In this document: positions 52,623-61,776 of the stretch, piece by piece
How positions within the stretch are numbered: the stretch's first letter is position 1
Layout of the letters: every line of letters starts with the position of its first letter
Assembly: GCA_965222605.1 (NCBI GenBank)
Contig: OZ244960.1
Location: 5,792,001-5,856,000, forward strand
Length of the DNA: 64,000 bases
From: Candidatus Latescibacterota bacterium
GTDB taxonomy: Bacteria > Latescibacterota > UBA2968
Direction: 5' to 3'
Notes under the pieces: model-generated
What the model saw: the letters and a program-made list of their open reading frames with translations, nothing else
Told to the model about the DNA's origin: nothing
The model's database searches: none
Made by a program: the position numbers and the translations under genes

Positions 52623-53081
52623 TTGAATGACCAGTCAAATGCTCGGGCACGTCAAACTGGACCGGCATTAGAGGCACATTACCAGTTCATTCTGTGGCTG
52701 GTGCCCACCCTGGAGCGATTTCCCCGCAATCAGTGGGATGCAGAGAAGACAGCTCCAGGGGGCTCGTTTAGTGCCAACAGATGGGGTCTCCACGACATGC
52801 ACGGTAATGTGGCAGAGTGGGTGCAAGATTGTTGGAACTGGGATTACAAGGGGGCACCTGCAGACGGTTCTGCGTGGGAGTCTGGGGACTGTTCTGAGCG
52901 CGTGTTGCGTGGTGGTTCGTGGATAAGCGAACCCTATTCTGATTTCAGTCTTGCTATCTGCTCGGCATGTCGGGCCAGCATACTCCTCAAATCTCGCCAA
53001 AGAAGGATTTTCGGTCATATAGTTGGAGGTGAAATTTTCCGAAGTAGCACCGTCGGTTTTCGAGTTGTCCGGTCTTTTTAG
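52623..53081 (+). CDS. Chimera: DGR Avd N-terminal fragment fused to FGE C-terminal half (copy 3)
   Basis: ARQTGPALEAHYQFILWLVPTLERFPRNQ (Avd-like) joined directly to WDAEKTAPGGSFSANRWGLHDMHGNV. Confidence 0.75.
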   Translation: MNDQSNARARQTGPALEAHYQFILWLVPTLERFPRNQWDAEKTAPGGSFSANRWGLHDMHGNVAEWVQDCWNWDYKGAPADGSAWESGDCSERVLRGGSWISEPYSDFSLAICSACRASILLKSRQRRIFGHIVGGEIFRSSTVGFRVVRSF

Positions 53082-53132
53082 ATCCTGATTCTTTATTTTT
53101 TCCCTCTTGTGTGGGGGAGGAAGGAGAAAACC

Positions 53133-54788
53133 ATGCGTAAACGAATCACGACTGTTGTTATCATCGTCACCACGCTTTTGATCTATCCGCTGTCTCAGGT
53201 TCCTGGGAGTAGTCACGATACATGTGATACGCCGCCTAACAGGGCCCCTATGGCGAAGGGCACCATTGATCCTGTGACGCTGGGTGTTAATCCTGATACT
53301 ATAGATGTATCGGACAAATTCAAGGATGATGACGGAGATACGCTGACATACAAGGTATTAGTGAGTGCAGACGCCATTGTAAAGGCGCATATGGATAGCA
53401 GTAAAGTGATAATCGGTCGGGACAGTGTGTTCCGTGCGACAATTACCGTGGTGGCTACAGACCCAGACAGTTTGAAGGCAACGCAGACGATAGCAGTGAA
53501 GGTGAATCAAGCTCCTTTGGCGGTGGACTCGATTGCTTCCGTGATGCTGGGTGTTGATCCCGACACTGTGGATGTATCGGACAAATTTAGCGATGCGGAC
53601 GGAGATACACTGACATACAAGGCGACGGTGAGTGATACAGCTATTGCAACGGTGAGTATGGATGATGGCAAGGTGACCATCAAGCCTGGGACGAAGGAGG
53701 GCAATACGATGGTGACGGTGACAGCGGAAGATCGGTGGGGATTGCAAGCAAAACAATACATTGCTGTGGTACAAGTGGATCCGATAATCAAAGTCATTGA
53801 ACACATAATCATTGTGTTTGTAGTAACTGGAATTGGAGCTTTGCTTTTAAAATTCGCCTTTAAATTTAATTTTAACTTTGATACTCGTATAGGTGAAAAA
53901 GGTAAGGTTCAGGAAAATAAAGATGCGCTTAGGAGGCTCCAGTATATCGTCGGAGTTCTGGGTATCGGACTGCCGCTTCTCCTGCTCATTGCATGTCTGT
54001 ACGATTACGGGTCTAATACTATGATGGTAGAAGATTTCAGTAAGTGTGTCAAAAATTCAATCAGTGCGTATTACGATAGCGCGAGTCGAGACGTATTCGT
54101 TGGGATTCTATGCGTAATCGGTGCATTTCTGTTTGCCTATAAAGGCTATGACACTCGGGATGACCAGGCGAGCCATCTCGCGGGATTGTCGGCGTTCGGA
54201 GTTGCACTCTTCCCCGCGACAAGCAACAACAGAGCGGTAGAGGCGATGCATTACTTGTCTGCCATATTGCTCTTTTTGACGCTGGCCTATATTTCGCGGT
54301 ATCGTTTTACAAAATCGAAATGTGAGTCTATACGACCAGGAACGCTCAAGGCGAAACGGAACCAGGTGTATAATTGGTGTGCTTATATGATGATATTTGG
54401 CCTGCTTGCTATCGGTGCATTTAAGTGCTTGAAATTGCCCGCGATGAACGACTACAAGATGATGTCCGCCGCCGTGCTACTTTTGGTACTGACCTATTTT
54501 TTAATAAATGCCTATTTTTCATGGCATTCTACAGAAAAGGCTAAACAGAATAAGAAAAGCGCACATGTGATAACATTTGGCCTCTTCGCTATTGGAGTTG
54601 GGGTTTGGACACAATATTATCTGACTTCGTTTCCCTTTATGTTTGTGACCGAAACCGTGCTGTTTTTAGCGTTTGGCATTTCGTGGTTGGTCAAGAGTGA
54701 CACATTGATATTATTACGCGATAAAGATGAAAATGATGTCGATGATGATCAAAATGGTGCCGATGACGATGAAAATGATAGTGCGTAG
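53133..54788 (+). CDS. Signal peptide, two Ig/cadherin-like repeats, then a DUF998-like multi-TM domain
   Basis: Duplicated N.AP....I..V.LGV.PDT.DVSDKF.D.DGDTLTYK; SISAYY....RDVFVG.L...G.FL..YKGY; acidic tail. Confidence 0.75.
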   Translation: MRKRITTVVIIVTTLLIYPLSQVPGSSHDTCDTPPNRAPMAKGTIDPVTLGVNPDTIDVSDKFKDDDGDTLTYKVLVSADAIVKAHMDSSKVIIGRDSVFRATITVVATDPDSLKATQTIAVKVNQAPLAVDSIASVMLGVDPDTVDVSDKFSDADGDTLTYKATVSDTAIATVSMDDGKVTIKPGTKEGNTMVTVTAEDRWGLQAKQYIAVVQVDPIIKVIEHIIIVFVVTGIGALLLKFAFKFNFNFDTRIGEKGKVQENKDALRRLQYIVGVLGIGLPLLLLIACLYDYGSNTMMVEDFSKCVKNSISAYYDSASRDVFVGILCVIGAFLFAYKGYDTRDDQASHLAGLSAFGVALFPATSNNRAVEAMHYLSAILLFLTLAYISRYRFTKSKCESIRPGTLKAKRNQVYNWCAYMMIFGLLAIGAFKCLKLPAMNDYKMMSAAVLLLVLTYFLINAYFSWHSTEKAKQNKKSAHVITFGLFAIGVGVWTQYYLTSFPFMFVTETVLFLAFGISWLVKSDTLILLRDKDENDVDDDQNGADDDENDSA

Positions 54789-55331
54789 GAGTAATTGTGC
54801 AGAAACCGAGCCTGATAGAATGTCTTGCCATTAAACGAAAGAGAAAAATGTAGTTAGAGTTTCGGGATAGCACTCATCATCAAGAACCCAAAATCTCCAA
54901 TGTCTTTTTTCGCTGGCGAATACAGGTTTGTCCTCTAAGCACAGCCACCAATTCAAATAATCCCGGCCCAAACCCAACGCCGCAAAGTGCAAGGCGCGTT
55001 AATGCGTTTGGAACCCAACAGGTCGGGTTCACCAGCCAATGTGTACGTGTGGCGTCGCACGCAACGATAGTAGGCGAAAATTGATAAAAGAAGAGACAGC
55101 ATGCGAAGAGTGATCACAAGTATTTTTGTTCTATTTTTACTGGGATTCTCCACAGTTGCATTCGCCCAACTGCCACCGGAGGTCATGGTAGATAAACATC
55201 TGATGCAGGCAGAACAGCTACTTGAGAAAAAAGACTATATAGTTGCGTTCAACATGATGGACAAAATCATCGCGCTGCAAAAAGAGCACAGTCTCACATT
55301 GCCAGACGAGTTCCACTTTAAGTATACACAG

Positions 55332-56405
55332 ACGTGATGTGTGACTTTAAATAGCGAAAAAGAGGTTCCTCGGCTATCTTGAATTGTTCACTAAACAAGA
55401 AGCCATTCAACGAAAGGAACCTCCAATGTATAATTTAGACCTTTTTGTCATTGCAATCTACTGTTTTATTGAAGACGAACTTTATTCGGCTTTCTGTAAG
55501 GTACATGGCAAGCCCCGTCAAGCAGGCTTTGAGCCCGGTCTAAGTGATGCCGAATGTCTCACCATAGAAATCGTGGGTCACTTTCTGGGATATTCAAGCC
55601 AGAAAAAACTTTATGAGCAGATGAAAGAACACTTCATAGATTGGTTTCCCACTTTGAAAGACCGTCCTGCCTTTGTGCGTCAATGTGCCAATTTGTGGGT
55701 TGTCAAGATGTGGATGCAACAGCGGATTGTTGCCAGCTTGGAAGGGCATCAGGCATCCTGCCAGATCATAGATACGCTACCCTTACCGATCTGTAAACTG
55801 GCAAGGCGACATTATCGCAAGATATTTACAAGAGAGCCAGTCTTTGAGTTCCCACCCCCTTCAAAAGGCTTCTGTGCTGCCAAAAGCGAAGCGTATTTTG
55901 GTTTTAAGGGTGGCCTGAGGATCACGGATTATGGCCTTATTGTCCACGCGCCGATCTTGAAAGCGTATGGACACGACAAGAACTGCCGAGAGGCACTCCT
56001 TGATGGCACAATGGGAGATACAACCGTCTTGGCCGATGCGGCCTTTATGGATTTGGACTGGCAAAAAAGGTGCTTTGATACCTACCGAATACGCATAAAG
56101 ACACCCTTAAAGTCCAATATGAAAGACAATCCTGAACGCACCCCTTTCATTTTGCCCAAAGCGAAGAAAGCCACAAGGCGATTAGTCGGAGCGGTGTACA
56201 ACTTCGCAGAAGTTCAACCGTTTATGCACAATTGACAGAACGCTTGCATATTGCCCGCATGAAAGTGCGAGATGCATGGCATTTATTGAACTTGTGGCAT
56301 ACCAAAATCTTAACCCATACTATGTGTGTCTTTCTCAATATCATCAATTATCGAGACCCTCTTGATTTTGATGGCCTCGTGCAATTTTGAAGTCACACAT
56401 CGCGT
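55332..56405 (+). mobile_element. IS982-family insertion sequence with 9-bp target-site duplication
   Basis: Inverted repeats ACGTGATGTGTGACTTTAAA / TTTGAAGTCACACATCGCGT; TSD TATACACAG at 55323-55331 and 56406-56414. Confidence 0.93.
55426..56390 (+). pseudogene. IS982 transposase, frameshifted near 56190-56215
   Basis: LSDAECLTI, IIDTLPLPIC, YFGFKG, LADAAF; the C-terminus (TVYAQLTERLHIARMKVRD...KILTHT) is in another frame. Confidence 0.85.
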
Positions 56406-56546
56406 TATACACAGATTGCCTTTTCAACAGGCTCGATGCAGACCGCTGTGAACGGCAGGGAGCAGGAATGATGACAGACGAGACGGCGGAGCTTGGCCCG
56501 TAGTGCCTTTATATGGGAACCGTAACTATCTGGGCTAAGATGTGCG

Positions 56547-56792
56547 TTATTTGGCGCGTTGACGCCATCCTCTTATTCTTTCTCTCTGTTGTCTGACAAG
56601 TGTGACGACTTCTTGCGTAGAGATGTCTGCCTCGATTGAAGGAACATCCAGTGGTGACCCGGAGAGGCGTTCTGGCACCAGGGCATAAGTCCTGCCGTCT
56701 TTTCTGCGTATAAGGACCTTACCCATTGATTCGGCTTTGTCGAGTACGCTGGAGAGTCTTTGTCTGGCTTCTGAGTACGTATATACTTCCAT
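56547..56792 (-). CDS. Phd/YefM-like antitoxin
   Basis: YTYSEARQRLSSVLDKA....VLIRRKDG. Confidence 0.85.
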   Translation of the reverse strand: MEVYTYSEARQRLSSVLDKAESMGKVLIRRKDGRTYALVPERLSGSPLDVPSIEADISTQEVVTLVRQQRERIRGWRQRAK

Positions 56793-56793
56793 C

Positions 56794-57192
56794 TCATTCC
56801 TCCAAATTAACGAGGTTGATACCGAGTGCATCTGCGGCACGTTTAAGTGTTCGATCCAGTGTTAATAAGGGTGCTGCATGCCGCAAGGCGCAGTCCAATA
56901 AGTACGCGTCGTATGCGTATGCGTTTACCTGAGCCGCGATGGACAGAACATTTGCCATGTCAATGTTCACGTATTGCAGGGGGATGCTATCGAGAATCTC
57001 CAGCCCCCGCTGTGCATCCGCGACGCTGATGCGATGTTGCTTGATCATCGCAGAGAAGGCATTTCCGATTTCCCAGGGAATGGAACCGGGACCGATAAGT
57101 GTGTGACCCGATGTGGCTGCGATAATCGCGTCTCTTTCAGGTTCAGCTACGATCACCGCAATGATCGCTGACGTATCAATTACAATGTTCAT
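56794..57192 (-). CDS. PIN-domain (VapC-like) toxin
   Basis: VIDTSA, EIGNA, YDAYLL, LLTLD. Confidence 0.9.
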   Translation of the reverse strand: MNIVIDTSAIIAVIVAEPERDAIIAATSGHTLIGPGSIPWEIGNAFSAMIKQHRISVADAQRGLEILDSIPLQYVNIDMANVLSIAAQVNAYAYDAYLLDCALRHAAPLLTLDRTLKRAADALGINLVNLEE

Positions 57193-57214
57193 TATGGTCT
57201 CCTCAAGACACTAT

Positions 57215-57244
57215 CAATTGTACAATTGTCTGAAGAAATGTCAA
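57215..57244 (-). promoter_or_regulatory. TA promoter with overlapping palindromic operator
   Basis: TTGACA-N16-TACAAT; perfect palindrome CAATTGTACAATTG at 57215-57228 covers the -10 box. Confidence 0.7.
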
Positions 57245-57402
57245 GGGATATATACTTCAAAGGTGCCTCGTGCTGAAAGAAATTGACCAGGAAAAGATAG
57301 GTGTAGTATGAAGCGTCTTTGTATCGTGCTTGCAGTCGTTGCAAGTTGTCTATGGGTATGTTTGATCAAAACGGCGTAATACCAAAATAGAAGGAAAAAC
57401 CA

Positions 57403-59721
57403 ATGCGTAAACAGATTCTGTTTCTCTTATCAACACTCGCGCTTTTGATATATCCGCTGTCTCTTTCGGGACAGAATAGTACGGCAGGTGATCAAGACCT
57501 TACCCCGGACTTTGATGGGGATGGTCAGGTTGGCTTCCCTGACTTTTTGGCGTTTGTGGGTCAGTTTGGGGCACGTGAGGGGGATGGGCGTTATGATGTC
57601 AGATATGATCTGGATAGTGATGGCGAAATTGGATTTTCCGATTTTCTGCTCTTTAGTGCCAGCTTTGGCAAAGGGGAGCCTGCCTCTGGCGGTGATGGTG
57701 CAACGATGGTTGCTATTCCGGATGGGAACCTGCGTGCTGCTATTGAGGCTATTCTCAACAAGGTGAGTGGTGCGCCGATCACTCAGGGTGAGATGGCGGC
57801 CTTGACGCGCCTTGATGCCCGGAATGCGAATATCAAGGACTGGGCCGGGCTTGAGTTTGCGACTAACCTGATAGATCTGAATCTTGAAGACAACAACCTC
57901 TCGGATGTATCTGCGTTGTCTGGCTTGACTCGTCTGGAAGTGCTGAATCTTGGGTCCAACGACCTCTCAGATGTGTCTGCGTTGTCGGGCTTAACCAACC
58001 TGACATTTCTGAATCTTTCTGACAACAGTATCTCGGACCTCACGCCCCTATCGAGTTTGACTAACCTGACAACGCTGGATCTTTCCGGCACCGGCGTCAG
58101 GGATTTGTCAGCGTTGTCTGGCTTGACCAATCTGGAATCGCTGGATCTTGCTAACAACAGGATCACGGATGTATCTGTATCGTCATTGTCAGTTTTGACC
58201 AATCTGAGGTCGTTGGAACTTTCCTCCAACTTCATTGGTGATGTATCTGCATTGTCAGTTTTGACCAATCTGAGGTCGTTGGATCTTTCCTCCAATTTCA
58301 TCAGGGATGTGTCCGCGCTGTCTGGCTTGGTCAATCTGACGGATCTGGATCTTTCCTTCACGAGCATCAGTGATGTGTCAGTGCTGTCTGGCTTGATCAA
58401 TCTGGAATCGCTGGATCTTTCCTTCACCAGTATCAGTGATTTGTCAGTGCTGTCTGGCTTGATCAATCTGGAATCGCTGGATCTTTCCGGCACCGGTATC
58501 AGGGATTTGTCAGCGTTGTCTGGCTTGACTAATCTGACAAGTCTGAAACTTTACAAAACCAGTATCTCAGACCTCGCACCTCTGGTCGCAAACACGGGAT
58601 TGGGCAGTGGAGATGAGATTGATGTGAGAGAAACTCCGTTGAGTGACACATCACGCAAAACGCATATTCTATCCCTTCTGCGTAGAGGAGTTGAGATTTC
58701 TTTTTATGTAAGTATCCCAGATATTAATCTGCACGCTGTTATTGAGGATAGTCTCGGCAAGGCGCAAGGGGCACCAATTGCGGTAGCTGAAATGGCGGCC
58801 TTGACGCGCTTTAGTGCCCGGGATGCGAATATTAGGGACTTAACAGGGCTTGAGTTTGCTGCTAATCTGGTATGGTTACATCTTGGTTCCGGTGTGATTG
58901 ATCCGTTTTCCAACAGCAACGAGATATCCGACATCTCGCCCCTTTCTGGCTTGACCAACCTGACTTATCTGAATCTTTTTCTCAACGATGTCTCGAATAT
59001 CACCCCATTATCAGGCTTGACCCGTCTGGAATGGCTGAATCTTGCCAACAACAGCATCAGTGATGTGTCCGCGCTGTCAGGCTTGACCCGTCTGGAAGGG
59101 CTGAATCTTAACAATATGAACATCACAGATGTGTCAGCACTATCGGGCTTGACCCGTCTGGAATGGTTGCGTCTTACATTCAGCGACATTGTTGATGTGT
59201 CCGCGCTGTCAGGCTTGACCAACCTGACTTTTCTGTTTCTTGGTTACACCAACATCTCGAATATCACACCATTATCAGGCATGACCAATCTGGAAGAACT
59301 GCGTCTTAACAATAACAACATCAGTGATGTGTCCGCACTCTCAGGCTTGACCCGTCTGAATTACCTGGTGCTTACCCGCAACAACATCAGTGATGTGTCC
59401 GCACTCTCAGGCTTGACCAATCTGGAACAGCTGTGGCTTTACAACAACAGCATCTCGGATCTTGCGCCTCTGGTGGCAAACACGGGATTGGGTACTGGAG
59501 ATGTGGTTGGTGTGCAGAATAATCCGTTGAGTGCCATATCGCTCAACACGCATATTCCAGCCCTTCAAGACAGAGGAGTTGAGGTGCGTTTTGGCGCGTT
59601 GAAGCCCGCGGTGGAGAAGGAGGAATCCTCAGGGCTTGAGGAGTGGGAGGCAGGAGATTATATTTTTCGCAGGCAGGTGGAGAAGGGAAAGGACGCGCTC
59701 AAATCCGCGACAGAGCAGTAA
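57403..59721 (+). CDS. Secreted EF-hand/dockerin-like plus internalin-type LRR protein
   Basis: Signal peptide; DFDGDGQVGFPDF...YDLDSDGEIGFSDF; two LRR blocks built from ~66-bp repeats. Confidence 0.92.
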   Translation: MRKQILFLLSTLALLIYPLSLSGQNSTAGDQDLTPDFDGDGQVGFPDFLAFVGQFGAREGDGRYDVRYDLDSDGEIGFSDFLLFSASFGKGEPASGGDGATMVAIPDGNLRAAIEAILNKVSGAPITQGEMAALTRLDARNANIKDWAGLEFATNLIDLNLEDNNLSDVSALSGLTRLEVLNLGSNDLSDVSALSGLTNLTFLNLSDNSISDLTPLSSLTNLTTLDLSGTGVRDLSALSGLTNLESLDLANNRITDVSVSSLSVLTNLRSLELSSNFIGDVSALSVLTNLRSLDLSSNFIRDVSALSGLVNLTDLDLSFTSISDVSVLSGLINLESLDLSFTSISDLSVLSGLINLESLDLSGTGIRDLSALSGLTNLTSLKLYKTSISDLAPLVANTGLGSGDEIDVRETPLSDTSRKTHILSLLRRGVEISFYVSIPDINLHAVIEDSLGKAQGAPIAVAEMAALTRFSARDANIRDLTGLEFAANLVWLHLGSGVIDPFSNSNEISDISPLSGLTNLTYLNLFLNDVSNITPLSGLTRLEWLNLANNSISDVSALSGLTRLEGLNLNNMNITDVSALSGLTRLEWLRLTFSDIVDVSALSGLTNLTFLFLGYTNISNITPLSGMTNLEELRLNNNNISDVSALSGLTRLNYLVLTRNNISDVSALSGLTNLEQLWLYNNSISDLAPLVANTGLGTGDVVGVQNNPLSAISLNTHIPALQDRGVEVRFGALKPAVEKEESSGLEEWEAGDYIFRRQVEKGKDALKSATEQ

Positions 59722-59786
59722 TTCAAAGAAAAACAAAAGGCCGTAAGTATTGCTCAATTGCAACAAAAACTTACGACCCAAAAAAT

Positions 59787-59860
59787 TGGTTGCCCCTCAG
59801 GGATTCGAACCCCGATACCTGGAACCAAAATCCAGTGTCTTGCCATTAGACGAAGGGGCA
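59787..59860 (-). tRNA. tRNA-Gln(TTG)
   Basis: TGCCCCTTCGTCTAATGGCAAGACA-CTGGA-TTTTGGT-TCCAG...GGTTCGAATCC...AGGGGCAACCA. Confidence 0.96.
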
Positions 59861-59954
59861 ATAACTTGTGTTGAGGGGTAAATATAAATTTTTAGCCGAT
59901 TACTGGCAACACACTTTTTAGAAATTAGCAGTCAGCGGTCAGATAGAACCTTCT

Positions 59955-60043
59955 GGGATCGCGGCTAAGCATGCCCCCGTAGTGTTTTTATACGGGGATC
60001 CTGCCGCGATGACGCACGGGACAGCACGGGGGCCGTCCCCTAC
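59955..60043 (-). repeat. REP-like palindromes (CGTC-headed nested hairpin and GTAG-headed hairpin)
   Basis: ATCGCGGC...CCCCGTA-N9-TACGGGG...GCCGCGAT; minus-strand GTAG-GGGACGGC-CCCCGT-GCTGTCCC immediately after the glnS stop. Confidence 0.6.
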
Positions 60044-61729
60044 TTACTTTTTATTACCACTTCTCACTCTCGCCCATGTGTCGCGCAGAGTAATTGTTCG
60101 GTTTAATACGAGCTTTTCATCTGATGAGTCTGTATCGACACAGAAATAGCCCAGGCGCTCAAATTGGACTACGTGACCAACTTCTGCCCCTTTCATGCTC
60201 GGCTCGACATAACAGGTGGGACGCACTTCCAGTGAGTCGGGATTTAAGTTGGCTGTGAAGTCCTCTCCATCTTTGGTTCGGGTTGGGCTTACAGTCATGA
60301 ACAGCCGATCAAATAATCGCACTTCGGCCTCCAGTGCGTGTTTGGCCGATACCCAGTGCAATGTCGAGCGAACCCGGCGTTTATCGGGTGTTGTTCCACC
60401 TCGGCTTTCGGGATCCCAGGTACAGCGCAGCTCGATCACGTTGCCGTCGTCGTCCTTCACGGCATCCTGGCAGGTGATATAACACGCCGCGCGCAACCGC
60501 ACTTCGCGTCCAGGCGCAAGACGGTAAAATTTGCGCGGGGGATCTTCCATAAAATCTTCCCGCTCGATGTACAGTTCCCGCGAAAAGGGAACGGGGCGCG
60601 TGCCCGCATCGGGGTCTTCGGGATTGATCATCGCTTCAAATGTCTCTTCTTCGTCTTCGGGATAGTTTTCAATGACCACTTTTAAGGGATCGATCACGCC
60701 CATTACCCGGGGCGCGACTTTGTTCAGGTGCTCGCGAATATAGAATTCAAACAAATCTATTTCTGCCGTTGTATCCCGCCGGTTCATTCCCACGCGCCAG
60801 ATAAAATTCACAATGGCTTGTGGCGGTATCCCGCGCCGTCGCATCCCCGAAAGCGTGGGCATGCGCGGGTCGTCCCATCCGTTTACGAGATTGCGTTCGA
60901 CCAGTTGGGTCAGCATGCGCTTGCTGGTCAATGTGTAGGTGATATTCAACCTCGCAAATTCAATTTGCCGCGAGGGAAAGATCTCTAATTGCTGGATGTA
61001 CCAATCGTACAGGGGGCGGTGTTCCGCAAATTCAATGCTGCACAGCGAATGCGTCACTTGTTCAATGGCGTCGGATTGCCCGTGTGCCCAATCGTACATT
61101 GGATAAATACACCACTTGTCACCCGTGCGGTGGTGTGACGTGTGTTTGATGCGATACATTACGGGATCGCGCATGTTCATATTTGGCGATGCCATATCGG
61201 CCTTTGCGCGCAATGTACACGCGCCATCGGGAAATTCTCCATTTTTCATCCGCGCAAATAGATCGAGATTTTCCGACACGGTGCGATCTCGATAGGGGCT
61301 GTTTTTCCCCGGTTCTGTCACTGTTCCGCGGTAATCGCGTATCTCCTGTGGACTCAGGTCGCAGACATAGGCTTTCCCCTGCTGAATGAGTTCCACAGCA
61401 TAATCGTAGAGTTGGTCAAAATAGTCAGAGGCAAAGTACAATCCGTCGCCCCAATCAAAGCCCATCCACTTCAAATCTTCTTTGATGGACTCGACGTATT
61501 CGGTGTCTTCTCGGTCTGGATTGGTGTCGTCAAACCGGAGATTGCACTGTCCGTCAAATTCCTCGGCGAGACCAAAGTCCAGACAAAAAGCCTTGGCATG
61601 ACCAATGTGCAGATAGCCGTTTGGCTCTGGCGGAAAGCGCGTTACGATTTTTTTGTGTTTGCCATTTTTTACGTCTTCGCGAACAATTTCTCGGATAAAA
61701 TCCGTTGGTGCGTCTTCGGTTATTGCCAT
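60044..61729 (-). CDS. glnS: Glutamine--tRNA ligase
   Basis: [42 protein letters not shown]. Confidence 0.97.
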   Translation of the reverse strand: MAITEDAPTDFIREIVREDVKNGKHKKIVTRFPPEPNGYLHIGHAKAFCLDFGLAEEFDGQCNLRFDDTNPDREDTEYVESIKEDLKWMGFDWGDGLYFASDYFDQLYDYAVELIQQGKAYVCDLSPQEIRDYRGTVTEPGKNSPYRDRTVSENLDLFARMKNGEFPDGACTLRAKADMASPNMNMRDPVMYRIKHTSHHRTGDKWCIYPMYDWAHGQSDAIEQVTHSLCSIEFAEHRPLYDWYIQQLEIFPSRQIEFARLNITYTLTSKRMLTQLVERNLVNGWDDPRMPTLSGMRRRGIPPQAIVNFIWRVGMNRRDTTAEIDLFEFYIREHLNKVAPRVMGVIDPLKVVIENYPEDEEETFEAMINPEDPDAGTRPVPFSRELYIEREDFMEDPPRKFYRLAPGREVRLRAACYITCQDAVKDDDGNVIELRCTWDPESRGGTTPDKRRVRSTLHWVSAKHALEAEVRLFDRLFMTVSPTRTKDGEDFTANLNPDSLEVRPTCYVEPSMKGAEVGHVVQFERLGYFCVDTDSSDEKLVLNRTITLRDTWARVRSGNKK

Positions 61730-61776
61730 TTTAAAACCTTTTGGGTTGTTAGTTGTCAGTCTTCAGCTTTTTCACT

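Larger units (their letters stand above)
55101..56472 (+). pseudogene. Secreted protein gene (QLPPEVMVDK... N-terminal module) interrupted by IS982 and truncated
   Basis: Frame reads ...DEFHFKYTQ, then the IS, then resumes YTQIAFSTGSMQTAV and soon stops. Confidence 0.75.

Noticed and set aside
50812-53081. FGE genes as true sulfatase-maturing enzymes
   Set aside because: They lack the catalytic Cys pair after RGGS; that segment is hypervariable instead
50700-55100. A template repeat or reverse transcriptase within the window
   Set aside because: No AAC-rich copy of the VR and no ORF with an RT (Y/F)xDD context were found by eye
57850-59470. Regular ~66-bp repeats as a CRISPR array
   Set aside because: They are in-frame coding LRR units without a repeat-spacer structure, and no cas genes are present
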